A stretch of DNA of 12,128 nt, taken from contig JAYYZJ010000009.1 of assembly GCA_036340075.1 (NCBI GenBank), forward strand, positions 1 through 12,128, written 5' to 3'. Numbering within the stretch: the first letter of the stretch is position 1; each line of letters begins with the position of its first letter. Positions 6,404-12,128 of the stretch are shown piece after piece. Origin of the DNA: Thermodesulfobacteriota bacterium (GTDB taxonomy: Bacteria; Desulfobacterota_D; UBA1144). The notes beneath the pieces were generated by a model, which did no database searches, was not told where the DNA came from, and saw nothing but the letters and a program-made list of their open reading frames with translations. The position numbers were made by a program, and so were the translations under genes.

Positions 6404-6478
6404 GGTGGATGTAGCTCAGTTGGTTAGAGCATCGGTTTGTGGTTCCGAGGGTCGCGGGTTCGAATCCCGTCTTCCACC
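6404..6478 (+). tRNA. tRNA-His(GTG)
   Basis: Encoded G-1 (6404) opposite C73 (6478), acceptor GTGGATG/CTTCCAC, anticodon loop TTGTGGT, T-arm GCGGG-TTCGAAT-CCCGT; no complete CCA. Confidence 0.96.
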
Positions 6479-6507
6479 CTTATTATTAATACAAAAAAAT
6501 ATTTTAC

Positions 6508-7689
6508 TTATGTTGTATATAAAGAATTCAATTTTATATAATCATGGCCAATATCATTGGTTAGCATAAATGCTTGGCTTTTTCCTTTATTTAAATTAAT
6601 TGTAATTTCTATTGATTTTTTCTTCATTAATTTTTTGGCTGATGATAAATTCCCGTATAGTTCTCCATTCTTAACAATTTTTATTTTCCCTATATGTATA
6701 TCTATTTTGTTTGGTTTTATATAATTAATCTGTGTTGAACCAACAGATGCAATAATTCTCCCCCAGTTTGGATCTGATCCATACAATGCAGTCTTGAATA
6801 GTAGAGAGGTAGATATTTGTCTAGCAATAAAATCAGCTGATTTTTTATCTCTCGCTCCTTTTACCACGACTCTACAGATTTTAGTTGACCCCTCCCCATC
6901 TCTTACAATATCTTCCGCTAAAGAATCGAATATTCCCTGTATTTCTTTTGTTACTTTACCTAGACCTGCACTTTTATTGTCTATCATTTTGTTCTCTGCC
7001 ATTCCATTTGATAATGCTAATACTGTGTCGTTAGTAGACATATCACCATCAACACTGATGCAATTAAAAGAACTATCTACGGCGTTGTTGATTAATTTTT
7101 TAAAAGTATTTTTATTGAATTTTAAATCGGTTATAAGAAAACATAGCATTGTAGCCATCCCCGGATGTATCATTCCTGCCCCTTTAGCAATTCCTAATAT
7201 GTTTCCTTTGTGTTTACCAATGCTAACTTGAACATGCTTGTATTTTATATACTTGTCAGTTGTTCTAATTGATTCTGCGAAATCTTTAAAATTATTTTGA
7301 TTAAGAGATTTTACAAGCTTACTGATACCGTTATTTATTTTTCCGTAGTCTAGCTGAACTCCAATAATTCCAGTTGAAGAAGGAAAGAAATTATATGATT
7401 GATAACCAGTTGCTTTGGACAGACTATTTAATATTTTGTTTGTTGCTATAACGCCTTTATTGCCTGTGCATGCATTTGCATTTCCGCTATTCGCAATTAC
7501 TCCAAATAATTCATCAAATCTTAGTATTTCTTTCCCAACTTCTAATGGAGCAGCAATAACTTTATTTTTTGTAAAAACCGCATGGGCTATGCATTTTTCG
7601 TCTGATAAAATTAAACCCAAATCTTTTTTATTAGATTTTTTAAGTCCACAATTAATACCCGCAAATCTAAAACCCTTAACTTTAACCAT
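6508..7689 (-). CDS. argJ: Glutamate N-acetyltransferase / ornithine acetyltransferase ArgJ
   Basis: Motifs VFTKN, ANSGNANACTG, SSTGIIG, AKGAGMIHPGMATML, SFNCISVDGDMSTNDT, DGEGSTK, DPNWGRI, C-terminal YTT; TAATG coupling to recO. Confidence 0.97.
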   Translation of the reverse strand: MVKVKGFRFAGINCGLKKSNKKDLGLILSDEKCIAHAVFTKNKVIAAPLEVGKEILRFDELFGVIANSGNANACTGNKGVIATNKILNSLSKATGYQSYNFFPSSTGIIGVQLDYGKINNGISKLVKSLNQNNFKDFAESIRTTDKYIKYKHVQVSIGKHKGNILGIAKGAGMIHPGMATMLCFLITDLKFNKNTFKKLINNAVDSSFNCISVDGDMSTNDTVLALSNGMAENKMIDNKSAGLGKVTKEIQGIFDSLAEDIVRDGEGSTKICRVVVKGARDKKSADFIARQISTSLLFKTALYGSDPNWGRIIASVGSTQINYIKPNKIDIHIGKIKIVKNGELYGNLSSAKKLMKKKSIEITINLNKGKSQAFMLTNDIGHDYIKLNSLYTT

Positions 7690-8390
7690 TATGTCTCTAA
7701 GTATTTAACAGAATTAAACTCTTTTCCAGAGTGAAATTCACTAAAAAGAGCTATAATTTTAACTAAGGAGGATTTAGAGGAATCATTTTTCTTTATATTC
7801 TTCAAGTCTATAGTTTTTTTTAATCTAATACTGTCTGAATCAACACTTTTTTGACAAGGAATACAAAGGCTTCCCCCATTTCTTAGGTCAAAGTATGTTA
7901 TCTCTTTTAAAACACAATTGCACTTAAGGCATTTGTTTATTATTGGCTCAATACCTAATTCTTTTAAATATCTTATTTGAAATTTTATTGTTTCATTTAA
8001 ACATAAAGAGTAATTGTTCTTCTTGTGGCGCAAGAAGAAGGTTTTTATAAAATCAAATTTCTTTTTATTAGGATTTTTGTCTTCTTCAAAATTTTGAATA
8101 TATTCATTAATTAATGATGATAAAACTATAATTTTTGTATCAAGTTCACAAAATCGACTATCGTCATCTAAATTAGCTGACTCTAAAAGATTAAGATTGT
8201 TTCTGTCGTTATATTTAAAATTTAAATTAATTAAATTAAATGGCTCTAATTTCCCTAAGAACCGTTTTTTACTTTTTTTTGCATTCTTAACTAATAGATT
8301 AATTTTTCCGGAATAAGCAGTATAAAAAGTTCCGATTATGTCATAATCTCCATATTCTGTTTTGTTAAGAATGAATCCACTGTCTTCCAT
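7689..8390 (-). CDS. recO: DNA repair protein RecO (zinc-finger type)
   Basis: N-terminal OB-fold pattern GFIL...YGDYDII...GKI...AKKSKKRFLGKLEPFN; LGIEP followed by CLKC...GGSLCIPC four-Cys motif; 233 aa. Confidence 0.92.
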   Translation of the reverse strand: MEDSGFILNKTEYGDYDIIGTFYTAYSGKINLLVKNAKKSKKRFLGKLEPFNLINLNFKYNDRNNLNLLESANLDDDSRFCELDTKIIVLSSLINEYIQNFEEDKNPNKKKFDFIKTFFLRHKKNNYSLCLNETIKFQIRYLKELGIEPIINKCLKCNCVLKEITYFDLRNGGSLCIPCQKSVDSDSIRLKKTIDLKNIKKNDSSKSSLVKIIALFSEFHSGKEFNSVKYLET

Positions 8391-8395
8391 CTTGA

Positions 8396-9745
8396 TTACA
8401 TAATTAGAACCGCAATTAATAAATATGAAATTGCGGAAAATATATCGTTCGCCATTGTTACGAATGGCCCAGAACCATTTGCTGGATCAGATTTAAATTT
8501 ATCTAAAAGAATTGGAAAAGAAGCACCAAAAAGAGCTGACATTAAAGAAGCAATTGATAATGAAATACATATAACAATAAAGAAGTTGACCCCTATAGTT
8601 TTATCCCCTGTTATCATTAAGCCCATTAATCCAGCAACTAATCCACAAATCAAACCTAAAACAAAAGATAGTTTTAATTCAGAAACTATTACTTTTAAAG
8701 CTTGATTTATATTTATAGAACCCATACCAATCCCTCTGATTATGATTGCTGATGATTGTATTCCAACGCTACCCCCGGTGGCCATTACAGCTGGCATAAA
8801 GGCTGCTAATAAAATAAATTCCTCAAGAGTAGTTTGAAAATAAACATAAATTACATAAGCGATTATTAGCTCACCTACCAAAGTTATTAATAACCAAGGA
8901 AGTCTGGATTTAGCTTTTGAAATAAAACCAGAATAAATAGGGTGATTGTATTCATTAACACCAGCAAGTGAGTATAAATCTTCCTCCGCTTCTTCAGTTA
9001 TAACATCTAAAATATCGTCTGATGTTATTCGTCCAAGAAGTTTGTCATCACTATCAACAACTGGCAAAGATACAAGATTATAATTCTTAAATATTCTACT
9101 AACTTCTTCTTGGTCAACTTCGGGATTTACAGATACTTTGATTTCTTCCATTGTAGATTTTACATTTGAGGAAGGATCAGCAAGTATCAATGCTCTTAAT
9201 GAAATAATTCCAACCAACTTATCGTTTTCATTTGTAACATATATCTGATAAAAATCAGGAACTTCATCAGCTATAAGTCGAATCCAGTTTATAGTGTCCT
9301 TAATAAGAGAGCTATCTTTTACTTGAATTAGCTCTGTCTGCATAATACCGCCAGCAGAATCATCGCTGTACTGAAGAAGAGTTTGAACTTCACTCGAATC
9401 TCTTGGATCCATTTCTTCTAAGATTTCTTTACTTTTGTCTTCGTCTAGATGAGATATTAAATCTGCTGCATCATCTGAATCAAGCTCTTCAATAAAATTC
9501 AAGATTGCTTTGTTATCAAGCTTAGTAAGAACATTTGTTCTTATATCTTCAGGAAGTTCAAGTATGATTTCTCCTGATTGTTCAACTGTTAGAGCCGATA
9601 GAATATCGCATATATCCTCTTCTTTGAATCTTAAGATTACGTTAGCTATATCCGCAGGATTCTTTTTCTTGAGAATATCAACCACTGATGAAAAGTTCTT
9701 CGCTTCTACAGCTACTTTTAACTCATTAAATGTTTCTAAATTCAT
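8396..9745 (-). CDS. mgtE: Magnesium transporter MgtE
   Basis: NPADIA, LDSDDAADL, YSDDSAGGIM, tandem CBS domains, RLPWL, TGGSVGIQS, DPANGSGPFVTMAND; 449 aa. Confidence 0.97.
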   Translation of the reverse strand: MNLETFNELKVAVEAKNFSSVVDILKKKNPADIANVILRFKEEDICDILSALTVEQSGEIILELPEDIRTNVLTKLDNKAILNFIEELDSDDAADLISHLDEDKSKEILEEMDPRDSSEVQTLLQYSDDSAGGIMQTELIQVKDSSLIKDTINWIRLIADEVPDFYQIYVTNENDKLVGIISLRALILADPSSNVKSTMEEIKVSVNPEVDQEEVSRIFKNYNLVSLPVVDSDDKLLGRITSDDILDVITEEAEEDLYSLAGVNEYNHPIYSGFISKAKSRLPWLLITLVGELIIAYVIYVYFQTTLEEFILLAAFMPAVMATGGSVGIQSSAIIIRGIGMGSININQALKVIVSELKLSFVLGLICGLVAGLMGLMITGDKTIGVNFFIVICISLSIASLMSALFGASFPILLDKFKSDPANGSGPFVTMANDIFSAISYLLIAVLIM

Positions 9746-9773
9746 ATTTCACCAAAGATAATCCTAATAAATT

Positions 9774-9782
9774 TGTTAATAT
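9774..9782 (+). promoter_or_regulatory. Extended -10 promoter positioned for a leaderless UbiA-family mRNA
   Basis: TGTTAATAT at 9774-9782, 6 nt before ATG 9789; no SD upstream. Confidence 0.45.
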
Positions 9783-9788
9783 ATTTTA

Positions 9789-10637
9789 ATGTTTGATAAA
9801 AAAAATACTAGTTTAGCCCTTGAGCTAATTACTTTTTCTCACACATTGTTCGTACTTCCTCTAATTTTTACTGGATACTTTATTTCGATTGAAAAATTTG
9901 ATCTAATTATTTTTCTCCTGATTTTAGTTTGTGCTGTATCTGCAAGAACTATAGGAATGTTGTTGAATAGACTAATAGATGCAGAAATAGATTCCAAAAA
10001 TCCAAGAACCGCAGAAAGACCAGTCCCAGCAAAAAAAGTTACTAAGAGATTTGTCTTATTTTTCTTAGCTATAAGTTTGGCAACATTTCTTCTTTGTTCA
10101 TGGCTTATATGCGATTTAGTTTTTATTCTTGCTCCTATTCCAATAATTCTTTTCTTTGTTTACCCTTATCTAAAAAGATGGACTTACATGTGCCACTTCT
10201 TTCTCGGAGTTACTTTATCTATAGGTCCTTTGGCTGGAGGAATTGCAGCAACCTGTTCATTGCAAAGTATTAACGAAACACTCCCTATAGCCATTTTTAC
10301 AATTTTTTGGATTTCAGGGTTCGATATATTATATGCATTGCAAGATTTCAAACATGATGTGAAAAGTGGAATATATTCAGTGCCATCATACTTTGGAAAA
10401 AAGAAAGCTATAATTTTATCAAGTATTTGTTTTGTTACAGCTTCAAGCTCTATTTTCTACTATTTACACTCAAACAATTCACATGGCTCTACGTATATAT
10501 TGTTAATTTTATTGGTATTAGGATTTTTCATTCAAATATTAAGATGCAATCGAATGGATTTCTCTTTTTTTAAATATAATTCATATATAGGATTTCTAAT
10601 TTTAATATTAATTTTTTCAGATATATTACTTAGATGA
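9789..10637 (+). CDS. ubiA: UbiA-family polyprenyltransferase, MqnP-like (futalosine-type menaquinone pathway suspected)
   Basis: HTLFVLP, SARTIGMLLNRLIDAEIDSKNPRTAERPVP, YPYLKRWT..CHFFLG, GFDILYALQDFKHD; multiple TM helices. Confidence 0.9.
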   Translation: MFDKKNTSLALELITFSHTLFVLPLIFTGYFISIEKFDLIIFLLILVCAVSARTIGMLLNRLIDAEIDSKNPRTAERPVPAKKVTKRFVLFFLAISLATFLLCSWLICDLVFILAPIPIILFFVYPYLKRWTYMCHFFLGVTLSIGPLAGGIAATCSLQSINETLPIAIFTIFWISGFDILYALQDFKHDVKSGIYSVPSYFGKKKAIILSSICFVTASSSIFYYLHSNNSHGSTYILLILLVLGFFIQILRCNRMDFSFFKYNSYIGFLILILIFSDILLR

Positions 10638-11200
10638 GAACAGTTATAGCTATCACTGGCGCATCGGGTTCAAATTTTGCTCTTAATTTTATAGAGAAAT
10701 GTCCTAGTGAAAAATATCTAGTTGTTTCAAAATGGGGAAAAAGAGTTATTTTTGAAGAACTAGGTGTTAAATACGAAGAAATAAAATCGATGGTAGATAA
10801 TACATTCCCGGATAATGATTTAGCTTCACCTTTTGCTTCAGGTAGTAATCATTTTGATTCTCTAGTTATTTTGCCCTGTTCTATTTCTACTTTAAATAAA
10901 ATAGCTTCAGGAATATCAGACACTTTAATTACAAGAATGGCTCAAATCGCACTAAAGGAAAGAAGAAGATTGATAATAGCTGTTAGAGAAACACCATTGG
11001 ATTCAATAACTCTTGAGAATGCTTTAAAGCTTTCAAATGCAGGAGCAATTATAGCCCCTGTGTGTCCAGGGCTTTACATGGAAGAATCATCTATATCTGA
11101 CTTAGCTAATACTTTCTCTAAGAAAATTTTAAGTTTAATTGGAGCAGAGAAGGAAAACGGCTGGAGAAGCAGGGATATTCATGAGCCAACAGAAGTTTAA
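10634..11200 (+). CDS. ubiX: Flavin prenyltransferase UbiX
   Basis: AITGASG, ASGS, PCSISTL, LKERRRL...RETPL; 4-nt overlap with the upstream gene. Confidence 0.95.
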   Translation: MRTVIAITGASGSNFALNFIEKCPSEKYLVVSKWGKRVIFEELGVKYEEIKSMVDNTFPDNDLASPFASGSNHFDSLVILPCSISTLNKIASGISDTLITRMAQIALKERRRLIIAVRETPLDSITLENALKLSNAGAIIAPVCPGLYMEESSISDLANTFSKKILSLIGAEKENGWRSRDIHEPTEV

Positions 11201-12128
11201 TGATCTAGGTACCTACATAGATTTTTTAGATAGAATAGGTGACTTAAAAAGAATTAAATCAGAAGTTGATCCAATTCTAGAAATTTCAGAAATATCTTGC
11301 AAAACAATAGAATCAAATGGGCCAGCATTACTTTTTGAAAACGTTAAAGGTTCGACTTACCCTGTAGCTACCAATCTATTTGGCTCCGAAGAAAGATTAA
11401 GATTATCTTTAGGATGTAATCCAAAAGAACTTGGAGAAGAAATTGTGGATTTTGCAGAAAAAGCAATGCCACCTTCTTTAGGTAATATCTTCAACTCTCT
11501 TCCTTTTATAAAAAGAGTTACAAATTTTAGGACTAAAAAAGTATCATTAAATTCACCTTGTCAGCAAGTTGAGGATGAATCTGATTTGGATAGTTTGCCA
11601 ATAATAAAATGTTGGCCTGATGATGGAGGAAGATTTATAACTATGGGTCTAACAATTTCCGAAAGTCCAAAAACTTCAAAAAGGAACATGGGCATGTATA
11701 GACTTCAAGTACATGATAAAAATACTCTTGGAGTTCATTGGCATCCACATAAAGGTGGAGCCGCACATTATCATGAAGCTCGTGGCTTAGGAGTGGATTT
11801 TCCAATCGCTGTAGTACTCGGAGGTGATCCATCATTGATTTTTGCAGCAATAGCACCTTTGCCAGACAATATTGATGAATTATTATTCGCGGGTTTTTTA
11901 AAGAAAAAACCAGTAGAACTTTGCAAAACTAGGACATCTAACCTTAGAGTTCCATCGAATGCTGAATTTATAATTGAAGGGACTGTTCCTTTAAATGAAA
12001 CTAAACTTGAAGGTCCTTTTGGAGACCACTTTGGATACTATTCAATGGAAAGCCAATTCCCATTTTTAAACATTAAAACGATTACTAGAAAACATAATGC
12101 AATATTTCCAGCAACTGTTGTAGGAAGG
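11181..12128 (+). CDS. ubiD: prFMN-dependent UbiD-family decarboxylase (MqnL-like), runs off the right edge
   Basis: Manual translation from ATG 11181 is open for 316 codons: MSQQKFNDLGTYIDFL, EVDPILEI, GPALLFEN, NLFGS, LPIIKCWPDDGGRFIT, RNMGMYRLQ, HWHPHKGG, AEFIIEG, EGPFGDHFGYY, ATVVGR. Not in the ORF track. Confidence 0.95.
   Translation, partial: MSQQKFNDLGTYIDFLDRIGDLKRIKSEVDPILEISEISCKTIESNGPALLFENVKGSTYPVATNLFGSEERLRLSLGCNPKELGEEIVDFAEKAMPPSLGNIFNSLPFIKRVTNFRTKKVSLNSPCQQVEDESDLDSLPIIKCWPDDGGRFITMGLTISESPKTSKRNMGMYRLQVHDKNTLGVHWHPHKGGAAHYHEARGLGVDFPIAVVLGGDPSLIFAAIAPLPDNIDELLFAGFLKKKPVELCKTRTSNLRVPSNAEFIIEGTVPLNETKLEGPFGDHFGYYSMESQFPFLNIKTITRKHNAIFPATVVGR

Noticed and set aside
6794..7231. 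145-aa plus-strand ORF
   Set aside because: Entirely antisense to conserved argJ; no SD or motifs.
7415..7708. 97-aa plus-strand ORF
   Set aside because: Antisense to argJ and the end of recO.
9510..9761. 83-aa plus-strand ORF
   Set aside because: Antisense to mgtE.
11641..11856. 71-aa minus-strand ORF
   Set aside because: Antisense to the UbiD-family gene.

Overview
AT-rich, tightly packed bacterial chromosomal window that looks like a streamlined Gram-negative genome (taxonomy not determinable). Left to right: a 3'-truncated outer-membrane beta-barrel/porin (minus strand, missed by the ORF track); ApbE flavin transferase (-); a divergent heterodimeric ABC exporter pair (+); tRNA-Pro(TGG); a 67-aa basic orphan ORF (-); tRNA-Arg(TCT) and tRNA-His(GTG); an mgtE-recO-argJ operon (-); and a divergent UbiA(MqnP-like)-UbiX-UbiD(truncated) cluster (+). 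The most striking element lies between tRNA-Pro and tRNA-Arg. An extended -10 promoter precedes four abutting 24-25 nt repeats, each able to fold as a minimal H-type RNA pseudoknot with compensatory changes in both stems. A fourU-like hairpin that hides the Shine-Dalgarno of the orphan ORF follows. Other notable items are a ~35-aa deletion in the helical subdomain of one ABC NBD, a two-hairpin porin leader and two apparently leaderless genes. All structures were paired by hand; no database search or folding program was run.
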